From IMG/VR virus record IMGVR_UViG_3300033062_002302: a DNA stretch of 64,000 nucleotides; one strand, 5' to 3'. This DNA is from a virus (taxonomy: Duplodnaviria > Caudoviricetes). Position 1 is the first letter of the stretch. Each line of letters begins with the position of its first letter. The position numbers were made by a program, and so were the translations under genes. Shown here in pieces: positions 1 through 12,900 of this stretch. The notes under the pieces were generated by a model, which had not been told where the DNA came from, searched no databases, and worked only from the letters and a program-made list of their open reading frames with translations.

Positions 1-664
1 CGATGCAGGATTGAACTTTTTCGTCTTAAATCAATTAGTTAACAATGAAGGCGGACAAGTCTTCCCAGATATTGGAGCAGCTCAAAGTTGCCTTCAAACG
101 GCACTAATCAATCTTCGTAATAACATGAGCGAAGCTGGCGTCGCAACCTTTCAAGCTCAGACGACTGTTTGTTTAGCTAAGTTAAGTGACGATACTAAAG
201 CCGCCTTGACTTCTTTGGTTGGAATTGGATTTGATCCTAATTCTAGTAGCTTTACGATTGATCCTAATATTCAGTTTACTTCTCAGAAAATTCAGGTTAA
301 AGTCTCACTTAATGAGCGAAATGGTCAAACTCTGGTTGGGAAATTTCCATCTGATTTAGCTTCAAGCATAGCTTCTAAGCTTTCTCCTACTGTTACACTA
401 GGAAAAGTCGGACCTTTTAGTTATGACGGAGAGCAGTTCTTTGTTGCCGATCTAACCTCGGAATCTCCTGGAGATGGAGTTATTAAAATGGCTTTTGATA
501 ATAAAATGTTTACAGCCGTTTCTATTCCTGCTGATATTAATCAAAGTCCAGCTATTACTGAGCAGTTTTTAAATTATACCTTTGTCTATGCTCCATCTGC
601 TGGTGCGGATGTTGATGGTAAGCCCGCTCGGGACGAGTCAGACATTGCAGAGGGATCTGAATAA
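1..664 (+). CDS. 5'-truncated putative virion structural protein (Ig-like beta region)
   Basis: Frame is open from position 2; the stop overlaps the next ATG (TAATG); lies upstream of baseplate genes. Confidence 0.55.
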   Translation, partial: DAGLNFFVLNQLVNNEGGQVFPDIGAAQSCLQTALINLRNNMSEAGVATFQAQTTVCLAKLSDDTKAALTSLVGIGFDPNSSSFTIDPNIQFTSQKIQVKVSLNERNGQTLVGKFPSDLASSIASKLSPTVTLGKVGPFSYDGEQFFVADLTSESPGDGVIKMAFDNKMFTAVSIPADINQSPAITEQFLNYTFVYAPSAGADVDGKPARDESDIAEGSE

Positions 665-2310
665 TGGCTAATGATATTGATCAAGAGCAATTTAGAGATG
701 ACCAAAACTTTGATGTTGACATTAATAAAGTTTATCAAAATTTTATTATTGAAATAGATAAAATTAGGAGTCATTTTAATGTACAGAGCAACTCGGTCGA
801 TATTCAATTCATTGATAGCCTTACGTATAATCAGACAGTTGAAAAAAATCCTCAGGAAAGTAGATGCCATGCTTTCTATCGTTTAATTGGCTTACCAATT
901 ATTTCAACTGATGGAAAAGCTTTATATTGCCCCGGGCATGATAGTCCCAACAATTCCGATCAAGAATTAATCAATTCTAAAATTCAAATTGCTAAAAAAA
1001 TTAGTAAAGATATGTTTAAGCTCCTGGATGCTCGGGAGAATTTACCCCGAGATTTCGCCTCAACCTTTTCACTTCAAAGCGTTACCGCCTCCGCTTTAGC
1101 CATGTCTTTAGCAGAGATTAGACCGTTTGATACTCCTTTAAAAGTCGAAGAAGCTTTTGATATTAAAAAGAAAAGTCAAAGTTATACCAATAAACTCGCC
1201 GGGCGTTTAAGTAAAACAGTCCAAGATTATTCTTTTGGCGAAACGGCTAATTTATCATCTGAGAGACTTCATATTTTAAAACCATTTATTGTCGATCCAA
1301 GAATTGATTTAATGGTTAACCCTAATATGTTTAGGCTATCAGTTCCGTTTGTTGCTGATAAATCAGAATTAAAATTTACAGATAATTCTTATTTAAAACG
1401 TCCGTACATTGAAAAGGTTTGCCGTGAGCGCTTCAGCGTCTATACGGATCCCGATCTTTTAATTGTTGGAGACCACACTAAATCTATTATTAATAATATT
1501 AAAAACAATGAATCAATTAAAGATCAAGAGTTAGTTAAATTAGTATTCAATACAGATCTAATAACTTCAGAAGAAATACAATTTGCTAATTATATTAATA
1601 TTATTCGTTCTATGCTTAAAAAGCTTTCAGATGCGGTTGATGAAGTTCACTTGGTCTTAGCAAGCGATCCAGAAGCATCCAGCCAAGCCAAATATAATTG
1701 GATTCCAATTCCAGACAAACGAGGACCAGAATTTGGGAGTCAAACGCAGGATGTTATGAATCAGCAACAAGACCCTAATAATACTCTTTGGGATTCAGAA
1801 TTAATTAGCCTTTTATATAGACAAGAAATAACTTCCGTTAATAATAAATTAAGGGAAATTAATAAATCCGATCTCGGGGGCTTTGCATTTGATAATGTTG
1901 AAATTACTCCAGATTCAAATTCTTCAGATGCTTATGGTGATGGCGTTCTCAAGGCTTGTAATGAGTTAAAGCAACAACGCAAATACTTGACGGATAAAGC
2001 TAATCAATCTATTAGACATATTGAAATTATTATGGGAGAATTTAGCGGATTAGGCTTATGTGATATTTTAGCTATTTCTGCTGCTTTTTGGGTTGTTGAT
2101 AAAAAAGTTTTAGTCAATATGTTAGATGATACGGCTTTAGCTAGAATGAATAAGGATCCAAGTCTTAAGGGACAAGAAATTTTGGATCGTCAAAACGGGT
2201 ATACTATGCTTCCAATAGAAGCTATTTCAGAATTTGAAACCAAAGTTAAACAGATTTTTGAATTAATGAATGTCATGTATACCGATATTCGTTCTAAAAA
2301 TAAAAGATAA
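664..2310 (+). CDS. hypothetical protein in tail/baseplate module (548 aa)
   Basis: Long ORF coupled to the upstream gene; no motif recognised. Confidence 0.6.
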   Translation: MANDIDQEQFRDDQNFDVDINKVYQNFIIEIDKIRSHFNVQSNSVDIQFIDSLTYNQTVEKNPQESRCHAFYRLIGLPIISTDGKALYCPGHDSPNNSDQELINSKIQIAKKISKDMFKLLDARENLPRDFASTFSLQSVTASALAMSLAEIRPFDTPLKVEEAFDIKKKSQSYTNKLAGRLSKTVQDYSFGETANLSSERLHILKPFIVDPRIDLMVNPNMFRLSVPFVADKSELKFTDNSYLKRPYIEKVCRERFSVYTDPDLLIVGDHTKSIINNIKNNESIKDQELVKLVFNTDLITSEEIQFANYINIIRSMLKKLSDAVDEVHLVLASDPEASSQAKYNWIPIPDKRGPEFGSQTQDVMNQQQDPNNTLWDSELISLLYRQEITSVNNKLREINKSDLGGFAFDNVEITPDSNSSDAYGDGVLKACNELKQQRKYLTDKANQSIRHIEIIMGEFSGLGLCDILAISAAFWVVDKKVLVNMLDDTALARMNKDPSLKGQEILDRQNGYTMLPIEAISEFETKVKQIFELMNVMYTDIRSKNKR

Positions 2311-2375
2311 TACAATCTTTTCATAGACTTAGCCCTCTCTAACCTATAATATGGTATAAAGGGAGAAGGAGTTCG

Positions 2376-2807
2376 ATGTCTTTTGATTTAAAGATAAAAT
2401 CTGGTGATTTAGCTATAGAAAATGGTGATTTACGCGTCGTTGAAGATAGCGAAAAATTAATTCAGGATCTTTTGAAGGTAGCTTTGACGGCATCAGGCTC
2501 TAATCCATTGTTTCCATGGTATGGAACTTATATTCAAAAGACTTTAATCGGATCAAGCCTTGATTCTAGCATTACGATGCAAATGGCGCAATCTCAGCTA
2601 GATACGGCAATTCAAAATATTAAAGCTCTTCAGGAAGAACAGTCGCTTTCTGGTCAAAGCGTTACGGCAGATGAACAAATTGGAGTTGTTTTAGACATTT
2701 CAGTTAATAGAAACGTTAAAAATCCAACTCTTTTTGACGTTAAAATAAAGGTTTTGAGTAAAGGAACTAAACCAATTACGGCAGCGTTTACTTATGATAC
2801 CATTTAA
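2376..2807 (+). CDS. baseplate wedge / sheath initiator, gp25-like
   Basis: 143 aa; D-L-x-I-x-x-GDL N-terminus and NP-x-F-P-W-Y-G motif; directly before baseplate J; SD AGGAG. Confidence 0.8.
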   Translation: MSFDLKIKSGDLAIENGDLRVVEDSEKLIQDLLKVALTASGSNPLFPWYGTYIQKTLIGSSLDSSITMQMAQSQLDTAIQNIKALQEEQSLSGQSVTADEQIGVVLDISVNRNVKNPTLFDVKIKVLSKGTKPITAAFTYDTI

Positions 2808-2845
2808 TTTTTAAAAATTAAGGTTATATAGTTAAAAGAGGAATT

Positions 2846-5800
2846 ATGGTTGTAGTTAGATCTTTAAATGAAATTATATTAAGTCTAATTGACTTCTATC
2901 GAATTGCTCAGCCAAATTTAGATACTAAGCCAGCAACCGTAGCTCGGGATCTTTTAATTGATGCGCCTTCTAATCAGCTCGCTCTTCTTTATGATCAAAT
3001 CTCTCAAGTCTCAACTCAGCAATCATTACAGCTAGTTACAGGATCTGACCTAGATAAATTAGCCAAAAATTTTGGTATTACTCGCAAATCAGCTACGGCT
3101 TCCTCTGGAGTTGCTTTAATTACTTTTAGTTCAATTCCTGCAACGATTGGGATTGGGCGCGGTGACATTGTAACTGCGGCTAATGGAATTTCGTATTCTG
3201 TTGTTAATGGCATTTCTGTAAGTCCAACCAACATTAATTTTTATCGTTCTACTGCAACGAAATTTAGAAATGATTTAGATTTCGTTGGAATTACAGATCA
3301 ATTTGCAGTTGAGGTTACGGTTCAATCAACAACTCCTGGGACTCAAGGAAATATTGGCAAATATAGCTTGAACAGAACGACTACTCCTGGAGCGAGTAAT
3401 GTAACCAATACTAGTTCTTTCTTGGGTGGAAACAATCAAGAGGATGATGCGACTTTTCGAAATAGAGTCTTATCTGTCTTTAGTGGCTCCAGCATTGGAA
3501 CGGCGTTAGGATATCGAAATTTAGCTTTGTCTACGACAGGGGTAACAGATGCCTTTGTAGTTGAGCCAGGCAACCCGCTAATGACCCGCGATGGCTCGGT
3601 CGTCTCCGAGGATGCTTCAGGCAATTTGACGGTCATATCGGAAGGTACAGGTGGCAAGGTTGACATCGTTATCCTGGGAACAGATTTGGTTGAGAATACG
3701 GATAGCTTTATCTATAGAGATAAGAGCAATAAGAATGACCCAACAGATCCAAAGAATACGGTTGTTTTAGGTCAAATTACAGGCGATGAAAATAAAACAA
3801 TTAATAGAAGAAGAATTGACAATATTAAAGCCGGAACTCTTCCATCTCAACCTGTTGATTCTATTATTCAGGTTAGCGGCTCGGGGAGCGGGTCCAACTT
3901 TAAAGAACAAACAATTGATTCTTTTGGAAGAGTTTCTGGAAACTACAAGCTAGTTAAAGATACAGGTTCTTTTGCGGGTAGTCCATTTGGTTTTGATAGC
4001 TTTATTTGGACTTCAGACCGCATTTCTCTCTTTGAAGAAGATAGAATTAAGGGTAAATTTAACGGGCAAGATGCCGTGACATTTTCAGATGTTTCTGAAA
4101 TTCCAATTATTCAACAAAATATTTCGATTACAAATGAAAATAGCACGGTTTTAAATTCAGACCGTTCTCTTATTCAATTACTTCATTTTCCAGCCAAGAC
4201 GGCAACTCGTGTTTTCAATAGTACAACAGGTGAACGGTATACAGTTTTAAATCAAAATCCAAATGGCTCTGGAACAACCAATACTTCTGGGGTTATTAAA
4301 ATCTCAGGAAATACCCTTCCATCTCAGAGCGATGTTCTTCAAGTAGATTATACTTGGGTTCTAACTTTCGACCAGTTTACAGATTATGATGGTAGGTTCT
4401 TTACTGATAATTTAAGAGAAGTAACAGATAGCATTGATTGGGGTTATTCTAATTTAATTAGAGATGAAGAAGTTATGCTGTCTCAAAATGATGCTGGAAC
4501 TTATTATGTCGGAAATACGACCTTACCAATTGGAGCTATTTTAACAGTAAACTCTTATGAAGAAATTGGCGGCGTCGTTAGCCAAGTTACTTCTGGAACT
4601 TATACTGGACGTTTAAGCGTTGTCATTACTAATTTAATTAATACTACAACTTCAATAGATCATGTTTTATTTAGAAATACGAATGTAGAGTTATTTAAAA
4701 CTTCTGCTAATGATGGGTTATTTACTAATGCTAGTATTGTTGTTGGAATTGATATTCAATATACAACGACGATTATTTTACCCAGTGATACGAAGGCGTC
4801 GATTGGCGATACAGTTACAGTAATTAAAAATTCAAAAGATACTTTTAATGTTACTGGATCTGTTGGAAACTTTAATGGCAATCAAGTAACGGTTCCTTTA
4901 ACTAATTTTAGCACCACCCCAGATACATTGACGGCTAAAATAAATTACATTGCTAATGTTCAGGATATTATATCGACTGGCATTACAAGCATGCCAGTGA
5001 GCCGAGTTGGAAATGGCTTTGGGACTAATTCTAGCATTGGCTTTAATAATGTCAATATTGCAAACGTTGCCAGGCGAGAAAATCAAGTCGTTCAAAAAAA
5101 CACGAGCAATCAGTTCTATATTGAATTAAATGCGGCAAGCGTTGATGTTAGCTTATCCTCTCTTAAGATCTTGACGGTTATTAGACTTTCAGATATTAAA
5201 GAGCTTTGGAATCAAGATAATGCTGGAACTATTGAAATAGGAACTAGTGGAAATTATCAGTTAATCTTTACTGGATTTAACACTCCAGCTATTGCAGATA
5301 AAGTTTTAGTTATCTATTATGCTGAAGACGTTAAAAGATTTCAACCATTTACATTTTCTAATGATGTTTTTAGCCGAGATTTTGGAACTCTTCAATATGA
5401 TATTACGACTAATAAGTTTAGCGTTCCATTGCATACCTTTATAGCTCAAACCGGATTAAGCTTTGAAATCTTAGAAAAAAATAGCGATGATGTTATTGCT
5501 TCTGGCTCAGATGGTTATATCACGACTCCATTCTCAAATTTATCTAAAGCTAACTTCAGCAGTTTAACTGTTAATTTCGATACGCTGGTCGATGTTGATT
5601 TAAGTCCGATTGATATTACTTCAAAAAGAATTAGAATCTTTAATTCAATTAATATAAATAACAATAATTATTATGAAATTTCAAGCTATAATGAAAATAG
5701 CAATATTTTTGTTATATCAAATGATTTTAGTAAAATTAATAAGAAACAAATCAGTGTAATTAGAGTTCTTGATGGAAAAGAATTATGGTCTGATACTGGA

Positions 5801-6958
5801 ACAATTGACGTAGATAACAACCTTCTTTTGTTTACAAAGACATCTGCCGCTTTAGCGGGCGATGATGTTATGGTTTTAACTTATGACTATGAAACCATTA
5901 AACAATCTCCAACCAAGCTTATTTTGACGGTTGTTGACTCGACGGCAAATACTGGAACCATTTCGGTTAATGGAACGACAATTACGAAGGCGAAAGATGT
6001 TTTATTCTCGGCAACTTCAACTAGTTTGAAGCAAAATTTATTTGAGGCTATTAGAAAAGTATTAGGGCTGAATTCGAATTCGTCTATTCCGAGCACCATT
6101 AAATTAGTCAAGATTACAAAATTAGAAAGAGTTTCGACAGAAGGAGAAGTCGTTCTATTATCTCAAGCAAATTATGATTTGTTAGGATTAACAATTCAAG
6201 ATAATAGTTTTTACTCAGAAAATATTATTTCAAATACAGATTATAATAATTTAGAGTTTAGCCTTCCTTCAACTCAAAACAATGTTTTGAATTTAGACGC
6301 TCAGGTTAAAGCCGGAGATAAATTTAGAATTACCTTTTATTACTCTACGACTAATGATACTGAAAATGTTATTTTTACTAGAAATGGAACCTTATACACT
6401 AATAAAGCATTTGCTTTGATTGATAAAGTTTATATTTCTAGTGGATTTAATTCTTCTCAATCAACTAGAATTATATTAAGTAATTTCAATCAGCCTATTA
6501 CTGGTTCTAGGTATAAAGTTTTTTATGATTATATGGCTCCTAAGCAGAATGAAAGAATAATTATAAAATCAAATAACAATAGGTTGGTTTCAACCGTTAC
6601 TTTTAATGTAGAAACTAATAGACCAATAAATGCGGATGTTTTAATTAGACAAGCTAAACAAGTAGATATAGATGTTACTATGAATGTTGTTATTTCTGAT
6701 TCTTTTAAGAGTTCATCTGCTCTTGTCTTGCAAAATTTGAAAGATAAGCTAGTTACGGCAATTAATGCGAATGCATTAGGAACTGTTTTAGATTCATCTA
6801 GTTTAGTTAATGCGGCATTCTCAGTCGATGGGGTTGCAGGAGCTAGAATTATCTTCTTTAATAAGACAGGTTCTTTTGGTCAGGTTCTAAGTTTAACAGC
6901 TAAGGAAGATGAATATTTTTCAGCTAACTTAGTGACGGTAGCAGCAGAAACAAGATAA
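2846..6958 (+). CDS. baseplate J / gp6-like wedge protein with large insertion (1370 aa)
   Basis: N-terminal LDKLAKNFGITRK..A, GGNNQEDDATFRNR and SIGT motifs; C-terminal VDGV region typical of baseplate J. Confidence 0.85.
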   Translation: MVVVRSLNEIILSLIDFYRIAQPNLDTKPATVARDLLIDAPSNQLALLYDQISQVSTQQSLQLVTGSDLDKLAKNFGITRKSATASSGVALITFSSIPATIGIGRGDIVTAANGISYSVVNGISVSPTNINFYRSTATKFRNDLDFVGITDQFAVEVTVQSTTPGTQGNIGKYSLNRTTTPGASNVTNTSSFLGGNNQEDDATFRNRVLSVFSGSSIGTALGYRNLALSTTGVTDAFVVEPGNPLMTRDGSVVSEDASGNLTVISEGTGGKVDIVILGTDLVENTDSFIYRDKSNKNDPTDPKNTVVLGQITGDENKTINRRRIDNIKAGTLPSQPVDSIIQVSGSGSGSNFKEQTIDSFGRVSGNYKLVKDTGSFAGSPFGFDSFIWTSDRISLFEEDRIKGKFNGQDAVTFSDVSEIPIIQQNISITNENSTVLNSDRSLIQLLHFPAKTATRVFNSTTGERYTVLNQNPNGSGTTNTSGVIKISGNTLPSQSDVLQVDYTWVLTFDQFTDYDGRFFTDNLREVTDSIDWGYSNLIRDEEVMLSQNDAGTYYVGNTTLPIGAILTVNSYEEIGGVVSQVTSGTYTGRLSVVITNLINTTTSIDHVLFRNTNVELFKTSANDGLFTNASIVVGIDIQYTTTIILPSDTKASIGDTVTVIKNSKDTFNVTGSVGNFNGNQVTVPLTNFSTTPDTLTAKINYIANVQDIISTGITSMPVSRVGNGFGTNSSIGFNNVNIANVARRENQVVQKNTSNQFYIELNAASVDVSLSSLKILTVIRLSDIKELWNQDNAGTIEIGTSGNYQLIFTGFNTPAIADKVLVIYYAEDVKRFQPFTFSNDVFSRDFGTLQYDITTNKFSVPLHTFIAQTGLSFEILEKNSDDVIASGSDGYITTPFSNLSKANFSSLTVNFDTLVDVDLSPIDITSKRIRIFNSININNNNYYEISSYNENSNIFVISNDFSKINKKQISVIRVLDGKELWSDTGTIDVDNNLLLFTKTSAALAGDDVMVLTYDYETIKQSPTKLILTVVDSTANTGTISVNGTTITKAKDVLFSATSTSLKQNLFEAIRKVLGLNSNSSIPSTIKLVKITKLERVSTEGEVVLLSQANYDLLGLTIQDNSFYSENIISNTDYNNLEFSLPSTQNNVLNLDAQVKAGDKFRITFYYSTTNDTENVIFTRNGTLYTNKAFALIDKVYISSGFNSSQSTRIILSNFNQPITGSRYKVFYDYMAPKQNERIIIKSNNNRLVSTVTFNVETNRPINADVLIRQAKQVDIDVTMNVVISDSFKSSSALVLQNLKDKLVTAINANALGTVLDSSSLVNAAFSVDGVAGARIIFFNKTGSFGQVLSLTAKEDEYFSANLVTVAAETR

Positions 6959-9900
6959 TGGATAATCTAAGAATCATAGGAGTCGAAGTCATTGATAGCG
7001 TGACGCTCGTTGCTAAATTTAGCCATAAGCTAGATTCAAGCATCGGTGCATCTAATGTCACCATCACTTCGCAATTAGACAGTGTTCCTTCACCTAATGT
7101 TTTAAAGGCAGAAGTCAATAGCGAAACATTGGTGATTACTTGTCAGCCTATGACTCCGCAAGCGCCTTATTTTATTAAGTTTTTGTCATTGCCAGCCATT
7201 CCATTTAAATCTGTCAATGCAACAGCCATCATGTTAAATGATGACGTTAGCAATCAATATTATATTATTGGACCAATTGAAGCTGGTAATATAATTCAAG
7301 ATCTCTTAATAGACTACTTAAGAGAAACTCCTTTAAATGTAACAGATAATACGACTATTGTTAATAAAGTTCTTCAAAGCTATTCATTACTTTATTCTAA
7401 AGCTTTATATGATATCAAGCAATTAAAAAATGAAAATTATTTATCTTTTGATGTCTTGGATGAAGAAAAGACTCGTCAAGAAGGACCCTTTGATCGTCTC
7501 TTAGAAGAAGGCGCCTATCAAATAACAAGAGTTGGAAAAACTCCGACCGGATTCTCCGCTACTTTAGATTTTAATTTTGAAGAGTTCCCTGATTTTCCAG
7601 TTTCTCTTTTAAAAGAAGAAGTCTCAGAACTATTAAACATAGATTTTGAAGATAATGATAATACATTTAATATAAACACTTTTACTTTAAATGTGTCTAA
7701 GACAAATGTATCTAAGTTATTAAGTGTTATTTTTCATTATAATAACGGTCATTTAGATTACGAATATCCTATTGAAACATTGGGCTATCAAATAACCAAT
7801 TCTAAATATGATAAAGATTATGGTTTTAGCTATTTAGTGCTTTTAACAGATCAGTTTAGATTGAGTGAAGCTATTTTAAATGATCCTGATTTTTCAAATC
7901 AAAATATTTCATATGTAGAAGTAACTTATGAATATAGAAATTTGGGCAGAATTATTGATGAGGATTCCGTTACGGCTTCGACTATTTTAAGTGTTTCTAG
8001 GGAACCTTTACCTCCAATCATCAATATATTTAATTTAAAGCATGCGCCAATTGTTGATCAAAATGGAGATATTTATACAACTGGAGGCGCGACTTTTATT
8101 GATCCAAATGCTTATTTAACAACGGATAAGCATCCAGCATTTTTATATGAAATTGCATTTCGTCTTAATGCATTGCCTCGACGTCCTGGCGAATATTGCA
8201 TTGATTATGAAACTGGAACGGTTTATGTCTTTGGAGAAGATGCTGATAATGATGGAACGGGACCTCAACCACCACTCATTAGCTATGATTATCAATTTAC
8301 TTATGTCTCTCAGGTTGATTACGTTTATGACGCTTCCTCTGGAGATTTAGTTGCTTTACCTAATGGAAATTTAGTCTCTCAAGAAGGAGACATAACTTTT
8401 AATTATGAAGAAGTTTTAGTTCCTGATTTAGATTATCGAGCAACGGTTCATCAAGAAAATCTATCAGAAAGAATTGAAAATAAATTATTAGCCTTAAATG
8501 TTGTTAAAGCGGCTAATTCTCCAATTACTAATGTTTTTAGAATCTTTAATGAGACATCAGGGGAAATATACTCACCAATTCGTTGGAGTAATGATAAGAT
8601 ATATTTTTCTTATAATACCCCTCCTAATGTTTTACCTTTTACAGGAGAAAAAGTTTCTTTTAAAGATTCATTAAATGAAATATTATTCGTTAATCAAGAG
8701 CTAACAAATGGAAGTTCTATTCGAATCTTTAAATGTCTTTTATCTGATAATAATTTAGTTTCTGGCTCAGAAGATTGCTTGGCTTCATCAATTAATAATT
8801 CAATTAATTTATCTAATGATGATGTCTTTGTTAATCAAAAATGGTTTGACCCCTTTTTAACGGAAAGTCAAAACATTGATAAACTAGATGTGGTTGGTCA
8901 ATATAAAATTGATTATGCTAATGGAATTGTTTACGTTGCAGTTTCTCCAGGGCAATCTATTGAAATAGGAACGATTACTTATAAAACTAAACTAATTGAT
9001 CCTATTAATAGCCATGTCATTTCTGTAGATGATATTTATTATCAAACATCTATTTTAAATCCTAAAGATAAAACTTTTGAATACACTTCATTTGGAGAAG
9101 GATTTATTCAGCCATTAGATTTGGATGCTTCCGATGAAGGCTATCTAAATGAAACTGAGACTTCGCCTTATCAGGTTAATTCAACAAAGGTTGGAGCTTT
9201 TGTTGATGCTGTATTCGTTCCTGGCGTTTCTCAAAATATTAAGTTTATCCGTAGTCTTTATGAACTAAATGACCTTCAAAATAGTTATAGCCCCATTAAT
9301 TTTATGGAGGCTTGTACCTTTGATGGACGAGTCATTACAGTTTCTCCGATTGAAAAAACAGAATATAATATTGTTGAATATAATATTTCAGATGGTTATT
9401 TCATAACCATTAATTTGGCGCAACCATATTTATCTTCAAATATTGAATTTAATGTTTCTATTATTAGAAATTCAGATGCTCAAGAACTATGGGACAACTC
9501 TGGAATTGTTGTCGCTGGAGATCAAGTTAAGCTTAAATTATCTGGAGTCAACTCTCCAAATGCTGGAGATTCAGTTATTACAAGCTGGAGCTTGACGATT
9601 GATGATTTGTCTAGAATCATTGTTGATTATAATAAAGGAGATTTGTATATAGATTATACTTATCTTGCAGATGAAATTTTAATTAGCTATGAGTATGGGG
9701 AAAACCATATTGACTTTAGGCAATCAGAGTCAGTCTCTCCAGGTAGCACCTATTATGTAAGTTATAAGGTCGGAGCTTTACGCGATGCTTTGTTAAAGAA
9801 TTTTGGAAGCCTTGTTAATATTCCAGAGTTAAGCAATTTTGATATTAATCTTAATCGAGAAAGATATCGAGATTCATTGTCAGCCGCACTAGAGTCTTTT

Positions 9901-12900
9901 ATACAAGGTCCGACCATTACGGCAATTAAAAATATTGTTAATAAAATATCTCATATTGATCCTGAAATTGTCGAATCAGTCTTTCAAAATTGGTCATTAG
10001 GAACAAGCTTTTTAAATCCAAGAGGATTTGAAACGACCGGAAGCTTTGAGCTTTTGCCAGCCAAATATGGCAATGGAGCATTAATTAATGCCGAAGGTCA
10101 ATCTATTACATTACCAGTCTCTTCTAATTTAAGACTAGAAAAAGGGTCATTGGAATGTTGGGTCATTCCAGAATGGAATGGAATTGACAATGATGCGGAT
10201 ATAACATTCACTTTAACTAGAGATGGTTATCAGATTGAATCTAATTACATTTTTATTGGTTCAGCCGAATACCATCCTATTCTTAATTTAGATGGAACGT
10301 TTTCATTAAATAAATTAAGTAATGCGGCAGGCGCTCCTAATAAGAACAAAGACGGTATTTTCATTTATTATAATGATGATCCTGCTCAAGATTATAAGCG
10401 CTGGTATTTAGATGTTGTTGATGGGTATTCTTTTGGTCAAGTTGATGGCTATTCTACAACTTATTCTCTTAAAGTTAGTACGCCCAACGGAATGTTTTAT
10501 GATGTCAAGGCAATAGATAATCCTAAGCCTTCTAACATGAAGATTACGTCAGGAACAAGCAATATTTCAGTTTCTATTACGGATACAGCTCGATTCAATG
10601 AAGGCTTTACTTTCATCTCAGATCGAGAGCATTATCTCTTTGATTTTGGTGAAAAGAAAAATAAATGTCGGTTTTCTATTTACAAGGATCCAAGCGGATA
10701 TTTAAATTTTAGAATATTTGACCGAGATGGAGTCAGCTATTCTATCGGCGCAGATGTTTCTTCTTGGCAAGCTCATGAAAAGCACCATGTTGCAACCGCC
10801 TGGAAGTTAAACGACAAGCTTGAGAGAGATGAATTACATTTATTCATTGATGGTCAAGAAGTTCCAAATATTATTAGATATGGAACTAAAGTTAGCCCTT
10901 ATCTTCATGAAAGATATCGAACTATTAATCCAGAAGAGATAGCTGGATTTACTCCTAAGACTATTATTGGCTCTATTGATTTGGTAACTACTGCTGGAAG
11001 TCCAACTGTCACTTCTCTCATTAATTTTGACGCCTATGGAATACTAGCTGGCGACACTATTACGATTGATGAAGTAGGATTTAATCCATCTGGCTATTCA
11101 ATTTTAACAGTTGCAGGTCAAACTTTGACCTTGTCTAGCAACATGCCTCTATCTTTAGAAGACGCTAAGTTCTCAGTTAATAAAACAGATTTAACGCTGT
11201 TAACTGCGGTAGATATTTATCCTAATATTGCAGTTTCAACCATTTCATCTTTCTTAGATGGCTATGACTTAATAACTAACGACGGTTATGACGCCGTCAC
11301 TTCATCTTCTATTGACTTTGAATTATTTGATGTTATTCCAGGAGATCTATTACGAATCGATGATGGATACTATGAAAATCATTATACTATTTTAGATGTT
11401 GATGGATATACTTTAACTCTAAATGATGATATGCCAGCAACGAATTCTGGCTTAGATTTCTTTGTTTATCATAATGAAGATGTTGAAATTCCAGGACTAA
11501 GAGCCTTGAGACCATCATATTCTTTATCTAAAGATGGTTATTATAATAATGTTCTTTCACTTGAGAATGATGTTCAAGCTAATGATTTAATTTTAATTAA
11601 AACCTTAGGTTTAAATCATAAAAGAATTAAACAAAAATATTATGAATGGGGAGATGGATATAACAATGTTATTAAAACAACATTGCCCCCACCAATTTCA
11701 TTAAATGAAGTTAGTATTATTCATGGTATTCTATTAAATAAATTAGTGAATTCAAGCAATTCAACTCTCTTGGGAAATGACTTTACTTCATCTTCTTTCT
11801 CTGGAGAACAGCCATCTCTTTCAGATTCTGGAAGGACTCTAGCGGTTGATATTTCAAGTGGCAATCTAGATTTTAGCACTTCAGTTACCGTTACAATTAG
11901 TGGCGATGTTAACGGAAGTCCAACAAGCGAAGTATTAACTTTTACTCAAATAGAAAAAAAGAATACGTTAAATAAGTTTGAAACTATTACAGGTATTGTT
12001 GTTGCAGGTAAAGTTATTAATACTAATAGGTCTTATTTGGTTTTAAATGTTAAAGAGGCTTATTCTATTACTTACTCTGAAGGCAGCTCATTATATCCTG
12101 CCATTCGTTATTCTTATCAGTCTCGTGCAGGCATTGCTTTGACTGGACTTGGTGGAGCAACAGTTACAGACCTTGATGTCTTATTTAGCTCGACTGATAT
12201 TGGGAACTATCTTGTTATTGCAAGCCCAGGACCAGCTGCTGGAACTTATTTGATTTCTGGCGTTTCCGATGATAGAAACTCTATTAATATTGATGGGTAC
12301 ATTCCTCCTTTTAGCAATGGCATTTTTCAAATTTTAAATACAACTTCTTCTAGAAGCGGATTTCAAAATGGATTCTTCTTATTAGAAGAAGCTAATGACC
12401 CAGGAGTTCCATACCTATTAAAATCAGGAACTTATGAATTTGATTTTTATACCTGGACCAGTATTAAATTTAATCCAGTAAATTCATTAGCTTATGTTGG
12501 TTCGGATATTTTCAATAAAAACCATCTTAATGGAGTAATTGATGAATTAAAGATTAGTTCTAATCAATTGACAGATTTAAGAATTGGTGAAACCGCTCAA
12601 GTTAAACAAAACTACATTACTAAAGACTTCAATTCATTAAAAGAATTATCTTTTGATTCTAATACATTAGTTTTATCACACTTTGATTCATTTCCTTTTG
12701 TTAATGAAGCTGATTTTTATGTAATGTCAGAAGGAAAGAATTTTGTTCAGTCTGATGTTTCTGTTAATGATAATTTCTCTCAGAGTCTTGCAATTATTGA
12801 CAAGCCTTTTATCATTGATAATGATGGGGTCTTAGATACGCGCAAAGAAGGAACGATTGAATTTTGGGTTAATTCATTATATGATACTACGAACGATCCA

